Below are positions 16,946 through 27,213 of a stretch of DNA of 64,000 bases, piece by piece. Below the pieces are notes generated by a model, which did no database searches, was not told the DNA's origin, and saw only the letters and a program-made list of their open reading frames with translations. How positions within the stretch are numbered: the stretch's first letter is position 1; every line of letters begins with the position of its first letter. Made by a program: the position numbers and the translations under genes. Source of the DNA: Acidimicrobiia bacterium (GTDB taxonomy: Bacteria > Actinomycetota > Acidimicrobiia > Spongiisociales > UBA11373); the NCBI GenBank assembly GCA_029263095.1, contig JAJCYA010000043.1:2470-66469 (forward strand). The letters run 5' to 3'.

Positions 16946-18328
16946 ATGATCCCTCCTCGCCTTGAACGGCTGCTTGATGCGGACGGCGTCCCGATGCGGG
17001 TCGCTGTCGCCTTCGCCGATGCCGGTCACGATGTGTTCCTCGTCGGGGGGAGTGTTCGGGACGCTCTCATGGACTGGGAGAGGGATACCCCCGATTACGA
17101 CTTTGCGACTGCAGCGTCGCCCGATGAGATCGAATCGACTCTGGGTGGCATTGCCACATCGGTCGTCACAATCGGCAAGGAGTTCGGGACGATCGGCTGT
17201 TTGGTGGAGGGCGTTCCGGTCGAGATCACAACGTTCCGCAGCGAGGTGTATCGCGATGAGAGTCGCAAGCCTGCGGTGGAGTTCTCTACGAGCCTCGAGG
17301 AGGATCTGTCACGTCGCGATTTCTCGGTCAACGCCATGGCACTGCGGCTCCTACCGGAGCCCGAGATCATCGATCCATACGGCGGCCTCGTCGACCTGGG
17401 GGCCGGAGTGCTGCGGACCCCGCTTGCTGCAGAGGTCTCGTTCGGTGACGACCCATTGCGAATGCTTCGACTCTTCCGGTTTGCTTCCACACTCGGCTTC
17501 TCTCTGGACGCCGGCGCCCTAAAGGCCGCGGCGTTGATGAGTGACCGCCTGGCGATCATCAGTGCCGAGCGGATCCGAGACGAACTAGACCGGTTGCTGG
17601 TGGGGGAAGGGGTTGCGGCGGCTCTCGAAGGAATCGTCTCATCCGGACTCGCCGAAGTCTTCCTTCCCGAGCTACCGAGATTGGCGGTCGAGCAGGATCC
17701 AATCCATCGCCACAAGGATGTACTCGCCCACACGTTTGCAGTTGTGGCGCAATGCCCCAGGGACAGAATCACCCGATTGGCAGCCCTCTTTCATGATGTC
17801 GGCAAGCCAGCCACCCGTGAGTTCGGCTCAGACGGTGTGTCCTTCCATCATCACGAGGTCGTCGGGTCGCGGATGACCAAGACGAGGATGCGCGAGCTGC
17901 GCTACTCCAAGGATGATGTGGCGGCGGTGTCCCGGCTCGTGTTTCTCCATATGCGACCCCATACCTTCAAGATGGGATGGACCGATCGTGCCGTCCGTCG
18001 CTATGTCAGGGATGCCGGTGATCTCCTCCAGCGCCTCAACGACCTGGTGCGGAGTGACGTCACAACCCGCAACGAGAAGAGAGCCCGGCAGATTCAGCGC
18101 CGCATCGACGAACTCGAGGAGCGGATTGTGGATCTACGCCAGCGAGAGGAACTCGACGCGATTCGCCCCCCGATCGACGGTAATCGCGTCATGGAGCTTC
18201 TCGACCTTGCACCGGGGCCCAAGATCGGCGAAGCGATGGACTTCCTGCTCGAACACCGGCTCGACCACGGCCCTTACAGCGAAGAGGAGGCGGAGGTGCT
18301 GCTACGAGAGTGGGCCGAGGACCAGTAG
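16946..18328 (+). CDS. cca: CCA tRNA nucleotidyltransferase with HD domain
   Basis: 460 aa. Pol-beta nucleotidyltransferase head (FLVGGSVRDALM) and an HD domain (HRHKDVLAHTFAV...LAALFHDVGKP). Syntenic with mycobacterial pcnA. Confidence 0.85.
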   Translation: MIPPRLERLLDADGVPMRVAVAFADAGHDVFLVGGSVRDALMDWERDTPDYDFATAASPDEIESTLGGIATSVVTIGKEFGTIGCLVEGVPVEITTFRSEVYRDESRKPAVEFSTSLEEDLSRRDFSVNAMALRLLPEPEIIDPYGGLVDLGAGVLRTPLAAEVSFGDDPLRMLRLFRFASTLGFSLDAGALKAAALMSDRLAIISAERIRDELDRLLVGEGVAAALEGIVSSGLAEVFLPELPRLAVEQDPIHRHKDVLAHTFAVVAQCPRDRITRLAALFHDVGKPATREFGSDGVSFHHHEVVGSRMTKTRMRELRYSKDDVAAVSRLVFLHMRPHTFKMGWTDRAVRRYVRDAGDLLQRLNDLVRSDVTTRNEKRARQIQRRIDELEERIVDLRQREELDAIRPPIDGNRVMELLDLAPGPKIGEAMDFLLEHRLDHGPYSEEEAEVLLREWAEDQ

Positions 18329-18403
18329 CCCCGGTACTCGGATTCGTCTTCTTCCTCGTCTCGCACTGACGGCCGAACACGGACGAGGGACAGCTACGCT
18401 CTA

Positions 18404-18425
18404 CTCGCATATGCGCATAACTTCT
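18404..18425. promoter_or_regulatory. candidate ARG-box-like operator (overlapping palindromes) just upstream of argR
   Basis: ctCGCATATGCGCATAAct contains the perfect 10-bp palindrome CGCATATGCG, overlapping the 8-bp palindrome ATGCGCAT. It ends 6 bp before the argR ATG, suggesting autoregulation. Confidence 0.4.
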
Positions 18426-18430
18426 AGAAC

Positions 18431-18868
18431 ATGACGGCGGCGGGACGTAGGTCCGCCCTGCATCGAATCATTGAACAGAACCGCGTAGTGAGTCAGATTC
18501 AGGCAGCGTCGCTGCTGACTGCCGCTGGCTACCCGGTGACGCAGGCAACGGTGTCGCGCGACCTTGCCGCCATCGGTGCGACGAAGAGTCGCGACGAGCT
18601 GGGGAACGTGTACCGCATCAGCAGTGCACCGCCAGGGGAGCTCGGACCGACTCTTGATCAGTTCGTCCTCGATGTGGTGCCGTCGGACAATCTCGTTGTG
18701 GTGAAGACACCGCCCGCCGCCGCTCACTATGTGGCAAGCACGTTGGATGGAGCCGGACTTCCCGAGATAGCCGGTACCGTCGCCGGAGACGACACATTGC
18801 TCGTGGTTGCCGCTCCGGGTCATACCGGTCGGGAGGTGGCTGAGATGCTCACAGGAGGCACAGTATGA
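18431..18868 (+). CDS. argR: arginine repressor ArgR
   Basis: 145 aa. N-terminal winged-helix ([29 protein letters not shown]) and a C-terminal oligomerisation/arginine-binding domain ([12 protein letters not shown]). Confidence 0.85.
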   Translation: MTAAGRRSALHRIIEQNRVVSQIQAASLLTAAGYPVTQATVSRDLAAIGATKSRDELGNVYRISSAPPGELGPTLDQFVLDVVPSDNLVVVKTPPAAAHYVASTLDGAGLPEIAGTVAGDDTLLVVAAPGHTGREVAEMLTGGTV

Positions 18869-20070
18869 AGAAGGTCGTACTCGCCTACTCGGGCGGTCTC
18901 GACACATCCATCATCCTCAAGTGGATAAAGGACGAGTACGACGCCGAGGTGATCGCATACACGGCCGATGTCGGACAGGGGGAGGAGGTGGAGGAGGCGC
19001 GGGTCAAGGCGCTCGAGACCGGAGCGGTGGAGGCGATTGCCGAGGACCTCACCCCCGAGTTTGTCGCCGATTACGTGTTTCCCGCATTGCGAGCGAATGC
19101 GATCTATGAGGGCTACTACCTGCTGGGGACGTCGCTGGCACGTCCGGTCATCTCAAAGGGTTTGGTCCGAGTAGCAGAGGAGACCGGTGCCGACGCCATC
19201 GCCCATGGAGCGACCGGCAAGGGCAACGACCAGGTTCGATTCGAACTGTCTGCCTATGCGCTCAAGCCCGACATCGAGGTGATAGCTCCCTGGAGAGAGT
19301 GGGAGTTCAAGGGTCGGGCCGATCTCCTGACCTACGCCGAGCAGCACGGAATAGACGTTCCGGTAACTACCGAATTCCCATATTCGACGGACGCCAATCT
19401 GCTCCACATCTCGTACGAGGGAGGCGTGTTGGAGGATCCGTGGGAGGCACCGCCCGCCGGGATGTTTCGGATGACCACCGATCCGCAGGCCGCCCCCGAC
19501 CAGGCCGAGGAGGTGACGGTCTCCTTTGAGTCGGGTACCCCGGTGGCGATCAACGGAGAACACCTCGATCCGGTCGCCCTGCTGACCAAGGCCAACCAGA
19601 TCGCGGGGGTCCACGGAGTGGGCCGCGTCGACATAGTGGAGAATCGGTTCATCGGGATGAAGAGCCGAGGCGTCTACGAGACCCCAGGTGGCACGCTGCT
19701 CTATCACGCTCACCGGGCGGTCGAGTCGATAACCCTCGATCGCGAGGTACAGCATCTGCGCGACGAGTTGGTGCCGCGTTACGCCGAGATGGTCTACAAC
19801 GGGTTCTGGTTCTCACCCGAGCGCGAAGCACTCCAGGCATTCATGGACGATGTGCAGCGCAGGGTCAACGGTGAGGCCAGGATCATGCTGTACAAGGGCT
19901 CGTCGACGGTTGTCGGCAGACGGAGTGACGGTCATGCCCTCTACGACCAGGCGACCGTCACCTTTGAGGCCGACGATGTCTACGACCAGGCCGATGCTGC
20001 CGGGTTTATCCGGTTGCAGGCGCTCAGGTTGCGGATGCTGGCGGAGAAGCGACTGGGAGAGGGCGAGTGA
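18865..20070 (+). CDS. argG: argininosuccinate synthase
   Basis: 401 aa. [11 protein letters not shown]-loop and a full-length match to the ArgG family. ATGA overlap with the argR stop. Confidence 0.95.
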   Translation: MKKVVLAYSGGLDTSIILKWIKDEYDAEVIAYTADVGQGEEVEEARVKALETGAVEAIAEDLTPEFVADYVFPALRANAIYEGYYLLGTSLARPVISKGLVRVAEETGADAIAHGATGKGNDQVRFELSAYALKPDIEVIAPWREWEFKGRADLLTYAEQHGIDVPVTTEFPYSTDANLLHISYEGGVLEDPWEAPPAGMFRMTTDPQAAPDQAEEVTVSFESGTPVAINGEHLDPVALLTKANQIAGVHGVGRVDIVENRFIGMKSRGVYETPGGTLLYHAHRAVESITLDREVQHLRDELVPRYAEMVYNGFWFSPEREALQAFMDDVQRRVNGEARIMLYKGSSTVVGRRSDGHALYDQATVTFEADDVYDQADAAGFIRLQALRLRMLAEKRLGEGE

Positions 20071-21428
20071 CACTCTGGGGTGGACGATTTGGCGACGATC
20101 CGGATGCTTCCGTGTGGGCCTTTACGGCCTCTCCTACGGATCGCCGTTTGCTGGCGGTCGATGTGGCCGGTTCGATCGCCCACGCAACGGCGTTGGGCTC
20201 GGCAGGGATTCTTCCACCCGACGAGGTCGGTGAGATCCTGGCGGGGTTGGATTCGATTGTCACCGAGGTCCAGTCGGGTGAATTCGATTTCAACGAGACC
20301 GACGAGGATGTCCACACGGCAGTGGAGCGCAGGCTCGGTGAGCTGATCGGGCCTGTCGCCGGCAAGCTACATACGGGCCGGTCCCGCAACGATCAGATCG
20401 CTCTGGATATTCGGTTGTACCTCCTCGAATCGGTCGCCCGATTGGAGGCCGGAATCACTGGCTTCGCCGGTGTACTGGTAGATGTCGCCGAACGGGTGGG
20501 CGAGATGATCGTTCCGTCGTACACCCACCTCCAACAAGCCCAGGCGGTCCCGTTTGCGCACCACCTACTGGCTCACGCTTGGACCGTGTTGCGCGACCTC
20601 CAGCGATTCGGAGACCTGCGCACTCGGCTCGCGGTGTCGCCGCTGGGGGCCAGCGCTGGCGGCGGATCCCGGTTGCCGCTGCAACCGGCCGCTGCGGCAG
20701 CGGAATTGGGGTTGCAGGCCGTCTTTGTCAACTCGCTCGACGCGGTGTCGTCGCGAGATCAGGCGACCGAGTACGCCTGGTGTTGCACCCAGACGTTTGT
20801 GGACCTCTCGCGGCTGGCTGAGGAGATCGTCCTGTGGTCGTCGTCGGAGTTCGGTTGGATCACGCTCGCCGACAGGCACTCCACTGGATCGTCGGCTCTT
20901 CCCCACAAGAAGAACCCGGATCCGGCAGAACTGACTCGGGGCAAGGCGGCTTCTGCGGTTGGCAGACTTGCTGCACTGCTTTCGATGATGAAGGGGCTGC
21001 CCCTGTCCTACAACCGCGACATGCAGGAGGACAAGGAGCATCTGTTCTCACTCGGCGACGACCTGGAGGGAGCATTGGGTGCGATGTCGGCCTTGGTCGA
21101 GGGTGCCGAGTTCCATCCGATGGCGCCGGCGGGGAATGTCACCGCCTTGGATCTGGCAGAGGTGCTGGTGGAGAGAGGAGTCCCATTCCGCGAGGCCCAC
21201 GAGGCGGTCGGCCGGCTGGTGGCGGCGCGCCATGGTCAAGGCGCCACCCTGCTGGGAGTCGATTTGGATGATCTCACTGCGGTTCACGATGCCTTCCAAG
21301 CAGGCGATGAGTCGCTGACAGACCCGGTGGAATCGGTCCGGGCCCGACGCTCCCCAGGTGGGGGATCGTTTGAGAGTACGAATGAACAGATCGCGCATTT
21401 GCGTGAGGAGCTACGGGGGCGGCCCTAG
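20067..21428 (+). CDS. argH: argininosuccinate lyase
   Basis: 453 aa. N-terminal LWGGRF, the fumarate-lyase signature [12 protein letters not shown], and the ArgH family C-terminus. GTGA overlap with argG. Confidence 0.95.
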   Translation: MTLWGGRFGDDPDASVWAFTASPTDRRLLAVDVAGSIAHATALGSAGILPPDEVGEILAGLDSIVTEVQSGEFDFNETDEDVHTAVERRLGELIGPVAGKLHTGRSRNDQIALDIRLYLLESVARLEAGITGFAGVLVDVAERVGEMIVPSYTHLQQAQAVPFAHHLLAHAWTVLRDLQRFGDLRTRLAVSPLGASAGGGSRLPLQPAAAAAELGLQAVFVNSLDAVSSRDQATEYAWCCTQTFVDLSRLAEEIVLWSSSEFGWITLADRHSTGSSALPHKKNPDPAELTRGKAASAVGRLAALLSMMKGLPLSYNRDMQEDKEHLFSLGDDLEGALGAMSALVEGAEFHPMAPAGNVTALDLAEVLVERGVPFREAHEAVGRLVAARHGQGATLLGVDLDDLTAVHDAFQAGDESLTDPVESVRARRSPGGGSFESTNEQIAHLREELRGRP

Positions 21429-21522
21429 CCGGCGGGTCCGAGCAATCGTGACCATCCCGGTGATCAGAAGCGGCTTGTGTCCTCCTGTGATCCTTCTCGG
21501 CTGCGCCGACGAGGAGCCGGTC

Positions 21523-23364
21523 TCAGCTCCAGTCTGACTCGGCTCCACCCTTGCGGTTCGTCAGCTCGGTCTCGCCGTACTCGACCAGATTGCGGGCGCA
21601 GGATTTGCGCCATCCGGCGCTCTGGAGAGAGACGACCATGCTCTCCGAGTGATCGGCAAAGCCGCGCACGACCTCGTTCCAGGAGGGCAAGAGCGCACGA
21701 TTGATACCTTCCTCGAGCAGGGGATGGCGCGTGTGTAGCGGGCGGCCTCGCTGGCCCTTGAGACCGAATGAAGCGAGCAAGCCGGTGCGGAACGCCTCCC
21801 TGCGGTACTGGGGGACGTCGAGCAGCCGCTCAATCCGACGCAGCGCTGGTGTGGCCTCATCGGGTGAGGTGGACCAATCGGTCACCTCAGTCTTGATCGC
21901 CTTCGCCATGTTGGTGGCCGAGGTCTTGTAGTCGAGGACCGTGGCCTTCTGGAGTTCGATCTTGACCATCTCCTGATACTCGGCCTCGGTAGCGGCCAGT
22001 AGCTCGCTCCACCTCTCACGTTCGTCCTCGTCGAATCCTGCCCGTTGTGGCAGACCATCCCAAAGCGCCTGCATTACCGCCAGTCCGTCCAGGCAGCCCT
22101 TGGTCGTGCCCGCCACCTGTGAGAGGCGGTTGATCACGTATCGCGGGCTGAGTCCCGTCATGCCCTCATCGGGGTTCTCGTTGCGGGTTTTCTCGGCATC
22201 CTCCACCCCGCCGTGGGTGCCGTAGCGTCGGTCATAGAGGTGGAGCTTGCGGAGCAGGCCCTTTTGTCCGCCACCCGGGTGGATCAGGCGGGTGAGGACG
22301 GCGAAGGTTGCTGCGGTCTTGAGTGCTAGTTGGGAGACATCGCGTCGCCCGAGATCGGCTCCTGACAGCATCTTCTCGTAGATGCGAACCTCGTCGCGTA
22401 CCGACAACACGAAGGGGACCTTGATGACGACCAGCCGGTCGGCCATCGCCACCGCCTTGGGATTCTCGATGAGTTCCTCGTACTCGGCCAGGTTGCTCTG
22501 GGCAACGATCGCCTGATCCGAGTACATGGTCCCTGGGCCGCTTGTCTTTACCATTTGCTCCTGGCTGAGGCTGAGCAGTACAGCAAGGAACCGTTCGTCC
22601 ATCTTGAAGATTTCCAGAAGATCAGACATACCGCGGTGTGCTGCGTTGAGTTCTCCGTCGAATCGAAAACCCCGTCGGGCGGAACCGGGATCGTCGGCGT
22701 CTAGGGCGCTGACATCGACATCTCCCACCAGCCGCCGTAGGTCTTCAGAGCGAGGATCGGTGGCGACGAAGGTGCCGAATCCGCGGCCCTCGGCGACGCT
22801 GTAGAAGATTCGCTCGACGGGGACGCTCGCAACATCGTCCTTGTAGACGTGCTCCAGGAGCCAGCGTGCTTCGGGGTTGAGGTCGCCTTCGATGTGAACA
22901 CCGAGTTCACCTCGCATGTCCTCGGGAATCATGCGGAGCGGGTCCTCGTGCATCTGTGTGCCCTTTATGGCAAAGACCCGGCCGGCGTCGGTGTGGGTGT
23001 AGTCCTGGAGTCCCTGTTTGAGGGTGTTCACCAGGGTCGATTTGCCGGTTCCCGGCGGTCCGACCAGCAACAGGACTCGCTTGCGGACATCGAGTCTGCG
23101 CCCGGCGGCGCGGAAGTAGTCGGCGACCTGCTTGATGACGTGGTCGTGTCCGAAGAGTTCACCCGCAAACAGGTCGAAGATTTCCTCCCCGTCCGGGCCG
23201 GTGGATGTCCCGGCCGCTTCGATCGTGTCGGAGATGAGCGCGTGCGAGAGGCGAGCGAGAGAGGGGTCCTCCTGGACCATTCCGAGGTAATCGGCAAACG
23301 TCGTCTCTTCCGACACCTCACCTCGGCGCGACTTGATCCGTGCGAGGAGGTCTTTCGGGTCCAT
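21523..23364 (-). CDS. prkA: PrkA-family serine protein kinase (AAA+ ATPase N-domain + PrkA C-domain)
   Basis: 613 aa. Walker A LLVGPPGTGKST and the conserved PrkA/YeaG architecture. Confidence 0.85.
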   Translation of the reverse strand: MDPKDLLARIKSRRGEVSEETTFADYLGMVQEDPSLARLSHALISDTIEAAGTSTGPDGEEIFDLFAGELFGHDHVIKQVADYFRAAGRRLDVRKRVLLLVGPPGTGKSTLVNTLKQGLQDYTHTDAGRVFAIKGTQMHEDPLRMIPEDMRGELGVHIEGDLNPEARWLLEHVYKDDVASVPVERIFYSVAEGRGFGTFVATDPRSEDLRRLVGDVDVSALDADDPGSARRGFRFDGELNAAHRGMSDLLEIFKMDERFLAVLLSLSQEQMVKTSGPGTMYSDQAIVAQSNLAEYEELIENPKAVAMADRLVVIKVPFVLSVRDEVRIYEKMLSGADLGRRDVSQLALKTAATFAVLTRLIHPGGGQKGLLRKLHLYDRRYGTHGGVEDAEKTRNENPDEGMTGLSPRYVINRLSQVAGTTKGCLDGLAVMQALWDGLPQRAGFDEDERERWSELLAATEAEYQEMVKIELQKATVLDYKTSATNMAKAIKTEVTDWSTSPDEATPALRRIERLLDVPQYRREAFRTGLLASFGLKGQRGRPLHTRHPLLEEGINRALLPSWNEVVRGFADHSESMVVSLQSAGWRKSCARNLVEYGETELTNRKGGAESDWS

Positions 23365-23423
23365 GGTGCTCCCGGTGGTTTGTCTAAGCGTAGATAGGGG
23401 TTCGATCGTGTTGCTCTGGATGA

Positions 23424-23453
23424 GATGGGAGGCCGGCTACCCGGCCTCCCATC
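23424..23453. terminator. perfect 13-bp stem hairpin downstream of the membrane-protein gene and upstream of prkA
   Basis: GATGGGAGGCCGG-CTAC-CCGGCCTCCCATC followed by TACTTCGCTTCGG. Confidence 0.4.
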
Positions 23454-23476
23454 TACTTCGCTTCGGTGTCCAGTGG

Positions 23477-23986
23477 CTAGATGGGGAGGATTGAACCGCC
23501 AATGCTCTCGGCAAAGCCGAGGTATGCGATAAAGGCGCCTCCGATGAGCGTTACCCATCCCACCAGAGCCCGGAAGCCCTTGTTCGAGGGCACCAAGGCC
23601 GCGGAGATGAAGTGTGCGAAGAGCACGACCGCGAGGACGAGTGCGCCTAGGCCATAGTCCGTCAGTTCACCAAAGGCCTCGTTGTCGGCGGCGACGCCCA
23701 AAAGTGCGGACACCGAGAAGAACAGAGAGAACAGGCCGTAGGTACGGTCCTCCGTCGCCTCGTTCCACGCATTTGCCGTTGCCAGGACTCCGAACATGGC
23801 TCCGATAGCAAACAGCGACCATGCCGGCACTGCCGCCGGATTGAATGCGGCCCAAAGGCCGAGAATGATCGAGCCGGTCCCCATTGCGTACGCCGAGGTG
23901 CGTGCTTCGGTCACGCCGCCCCAATACCAGCCGTACGTCACGAGGATCGCTCCGAGAATTACGAATGCGAGTTCCAAAGTGCCCAA
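23477..23986 (-). CDS. hypothetical integral membrane protein (5-6 TM)
   Basis: 169 aa, predominantly hydrophobic helices. No family confidently recognised. Confidence 0.55.
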   Translation of the reverse strand: MGTLELAFVILGAILVTYGWYWGGVTEARTSAYAMGTGSIILGLWAAFNPAAVPAWSLFAIGAMFGVLATANAWNEATEDRTYGLFSLFFSVSALLGVAADNEAFGELTDYGLGALVLAVVLFAHFISAALVPSNKGFRALVGWVTLIGGAFIAYLGFAESIGGSILPI

Positions 23987-24129
23987 CCTCCTATTGGTTG
24001 CGTGGTCGTTCCCTTACATGTATTGGACCCAGAAAACGTAGATGTGGTGACACTCCAAGAACGCGAAATCTAAGCCTGTGGATAAGTCACCAACGAGACG
24101 ACACCCTGCCGAGCGATCCTCGCTGGTCG

Positions 24130-25563
24130 CTAGGAGCAGGTGTAGTCGCGCTCCTCAGCAGTGGCGGCTATCCGACAGGCCATGCGGGGGAAGATGGCTC
24201 GGTGTACCGGGAGCATGACCCACCAGTAGAGGCGACCCGACAACCCGCGGGGACGGAACCATGCCGACTGCACGAGATCGGAACCGTCGCCGGTCTGTAG
24301 TGCCTCCCACTCGATCCAGGCCTCGCCTGGGAGCTTGATTTCGGCCCGGAGGCGGAGAACCTTGCCGGGCTCTACCGATTCGACTCGCCAGAAGTCGATC
24401 GCCTCACCGGCCCGTACGTCCGTCGGGTGGCGCCGCCCGCGACGTAGTCCAACACCTCCGACGAGTTGGTCGGTGAAGCCGCGAATTCGCCACGCCCAAT
24501 CGAGCCAGTAGTAGCCGTTGTTGCCACCAATCCGGCTGAACGCCCAGAAGAGGTGGGAGGCGTCGGCTTCGGTAGGAATGACCTGCCGATCCAGATAGGT
24601 GGTCCTTCCGTTCTGGCGTGGGTCGGTGACGGGAGGTTCGGTACTCGGAGCTCCGGCATCCGACCACCTCGTTGTGACGCCGGCCGGGAGTCGTTCGAGC
24701 GCCTTGCGCACGGCGACCCGAAATGGTGTCGGTCCGACCCGCTGATCGGGGGACCGGACGACGATCTCGTTTCGGAGGCCCTCGACCAGCGGTCGTACCG
24801 CGGACGTGGGAAGAGGTGTGACCAGCCCGATCCACGTCGAGGAGAGTCGCGGAGTCAGGAAGGGGACGCCGACGACCCGCCTCCGCCTCAGACCCGCCTC
24901 CTCGGCGTAGATATGCATCATCTCTTCGTAGGAGTAGATATCGGGACCGCCGAGATCGATGATGCGGCCACCGTCGTGCTCGAGGGCGTCAACGAGAGCG
25001 TCGAGGACATCGGTTACGGCGACCGGCTGACAGGCGGTGCGTACCCACTTGGGTGTGGTCATCACCGGTAGGGCCTCGGTGAGGCCACGCAGCATCTCGA
25101 AAGAGAGAGAGCCGGACCCGATGATGATGCCCGCTCGCAATTCAGTTACCGGAGTTAGGCCCGATGCGAGGATCCGACCAACTTCGTGTCGGCTGGCGAG
25201 ATGCTTGGACCGCGCCGATGCCGGCTCTCCGAGCGTGCCCAGATAGACAATCCTTGCGGCACCTCCGTCTGAGGCGGCTTCGCTGAAGATGGCTGCAGCC
25301 GCCCGATCACGCTCGTCGTAATCCTTGCCGCTTGCCATCGAGTGGACGAGGTAATAGGCAGCGTCACAACCAGCAGCAGCTTCCTTGACCGATGCCGCGT
25401 CGAGCACATCGCCCGTGGTGACTTCGACCTGGTGACGCCACGGCTGAAGATCGAGGTTCTCGGGTGAGCGCGCCAAGCATCGGACCTCGTGCCTGGCCTC
25501 CAGCAGACGGGGTACAAGCCGACCTCCGATGTAACCGGTAGCCCCGGTGACGAGGATTCGCAT
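24130..25563 (-). CDS. NAD(P)-binding NmrA/SDR-like domain fused to a DUF2867-type C-terminal domain
   Basis: N-terminal Rossmann motif ILVTGATGYIGGRLVPRLL. ~480 aa, two-domain architecture typical of this family. Confidence 0.7.
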   Translation of the reverse strand: MRILVTGATGYIGGRLVPRLLEARHEVRCLARSPENLDLQPWRHQVEVTTGDVLDAASVKEAAAGCDAAYYLVHSMASGKDYDERDRAAAAIFSEAASDGGAARIVYLGTLGEPASARSKHLASRHEVGRILASGLTPVTELRAGIIIGSGSLSFEMLRGLTEALPVMTTPKWVRTACQPVAVTDVLDALVDALEHDGGRIIDLGGPDIYSYEEMMHIYAEEAGLRRRRVVGVPFLTPRLSSTWIGLVTPLPTSAVRPLVEGLRNEIVVRSPDQRVGPTPFRVAVRKALERLPAGVTTRWSDAGAPSTEPPVTDPRQNGRTTYLDRQVIPTEADASHLFWAFSRIGGNNGYYWLDWAWRIRGFTDQLVGGVGLRRGRRHPTDVRAGEAIDFWRVESVEPGKVLRLRAEIKLPGEAWIEWEALQTGDGSDLVQSAWFRPRGLSGRLYWWVMLPVHRAIFPRMACRIAATAEERDYTCS

Positions 25564-25701
25564 GCGTGGCGCGAGGCTAGGCCGGGAATGATTGTTACGG
25601 GTCGGCGCCGTCTGCCGGAACAGGAGGACATTGGTGTTCTCGCCTACTGCCTTCCTACGACCGACCTTCAGCGCTCAGGTACAAGTGCCGATGATCGCTC
25701 C

Positions 25702-26826
25702 GTGAGCAGTGACCAGAGCCCCATTCGGGTAACCCACCTCATCCACGATCTTGGACCCGGAGGGGCGGAACATGTCCTGATGGACTTGGCGAGCGTCGCC
25801 GCAGATGCCGGGATCGCAATGTCGGTGGTCTCGATGCTCCCGTTGACCTCGTCTGGATACGTCGGCCGACTGCGCGACGCAGGGGTGCGAGTCGAGAGCC
25901 TCTGTCTCACCGCCTGGTGGGATCCCCGCGGTGCCCGGCGGTTGCGTCGGATGCTCCCCGACCTGCGACCCGAGGTGCTCCACTCACACCTCAAGCATGC
26001 CGACGTTGTCGGCGGACGAGTAGCGGTTGCCGCATCGATTCCCCATGTCTCAACCCTTCATGTGATCGAGGACTCGGTGGGCCTACTGGCGGCTCGCAAG
26101 CGGAACCTTGCCACGAGGTCTCGTCTCCGAACTGCCGGGCGGACGGTCGCCGTGTCCGATGCCCTACGCGATTGGTACCTGGATGTTTCGGGTGCAGATC
26201 CGAACACCGTCGTGACCATTCGCAACGGGGTACCCGACCCGGGCAGCTTTGACTCGAACGAATTGGCTGCTGTGCGGTCCGAGTTCGGCATCGCTCCGGA
26301 CGCAGTACTGGCGGTCATGGTTGCGGTGATGCGCCCCGGTAAGGGCCACGACGTGCTGCTCGATGCCCTGCAACATCTGGAGGATCATCGCGTCGTGTTC
26401 CTGCTGGTTGGGGACGGAATCGACTACCCGCGTCTGCGGGAACGTGCGAGCGAAACCCATCGCGTGGTGTTCGCCGGGTTCCGCGACGATGTCGGTCGGA
26501 TACTTGCCGCGGCCGATCTAGTCGTGCATCCCAGCCTCGGCGATGCGCTCCCCACGGCATTGGCGCAAGCCTTGGCCGCGGGTCGGCCGATCATCGCTTC
26601 GGCGGTGGGTGGGATCCCCGAGATGGTCCCACCTGACGTGGGCCAGCTGGTGGACCCAGGAGATCCAGCTGCATTAGCGGCCGCCATCGATCGCCTCGCT
26701 GCCGACGACGACGGCCGCAGCCGGATGGGCGAGATGGCTCGCCGGCAGTATGACGAGGAGTTCTCAGCGACGATGTGGGCCCAGCGGCTCCGCTCCCTCT
26801 ACCGGGAGTTGCCCAATCAGAGGTGA
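25702..26826 (+). CDS. glycosyltransferase family 4 (GT-B fold)
   Basis: N-terminal IRVTHLIHDLGPGGAEHVL. C-terminal GT1/GT4 domain with the E-x7-E-like region GFRDDVGRILAAADLVVHPSLGDALPTALAQALAAGRPIIAS. GTG at 25702 chosen. An ATG at 25588 is the alternative. Confidence 0.8.
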   Translation: MSSDQSPIRVTHLIHDLGPGGAEHVLMDLASVAADAGIAMSVVSMLPLTSSGYVGRLRDAGVRVESLCLTAWWDPRGARRLRRMLPDLRPEVLHSHLKHADVVGGRVAVAASIPHVSTLHVIEDSVGLLAARKRNLATRSRLRTAGRTVAVSDALRDWYLDVSGADPNTVVTIRNGVPDPGSFDSNELAAVRSEFGIAPDAVLAVMVAVMRPGKGHDVLLDALQHLEDHRVVFLLVGDGIDYPRLRERASETHRVVFAGFRDDVGRILAAADLVVHPSLGDALPTALAQALAAGRPIIASAVGGIPEMVPPDVGQLVDPGDPAALAAAIDRLAADDDGRSRMGEMARRQYDEEFSATMWAQRLRSLYRELPNQR

Positions 26827-26865
26827 CGAGGGCTAACGTCGAATGCAGTCAACCGGCGAGGACTG

Positions 26866-27213
26866 GTGGCCGCCAACGTCACGATCGCACCCATAGGAAA
26901 CGGCAAGGTCGATGAATGGCGTGCCTTTGTCTCCGATCTCGCCGGAGCCCGACGGATCGAGTGGGCACAGTCGCAGCGCCGCCGCGGGATAACTCGTCAG
27001 GTGATCACACTGGCCGAGGGCGATCCGGCGCTGGCCGTCGTCTATACGGAAGCTGGCGATGTGGAGGCGGCTGCCGACCGGTTGGTCGAGTCCAATGATC
27101 CTTTCGACGCCTGGTACCGGGAGCAAATGGTCGAACTCCACGACGAGCCGATGGACACCGAAGTCGTGTTCGACTCGGCTCCGCGACCCGGCCCTTGGCG
27201 AGGGTGGCGCTGA
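26866..27213 (+). CDS. small hypothetical protein (115 aa), second gene of the GT4-lipoprotein-uppS operon
   Basis: GTG start. Its 3' end overlaps the lipoprotein gene by 19 nt. No recognisable domain. Confidence 0.45.
   Translation: MAANVTIAPIGNGKVDEWRAFVSDLAGARRIEWAQSQRRRGITRQVITLAEGDPALAVVYTEAGDVEAAADRLVESNDPFDAWYREQMVELHDEPMDTEVVFDSAPRPGPWRGWR

Noticed and set aside
23477-23986. Assignment of the 169-aa membrane protein to the AmiS/UreI channel family
   Set aside because: Only size and hydrophobicity are suggestive. I cannot match conserved residues from memory, so it is left as a hypothetical membrane protein.
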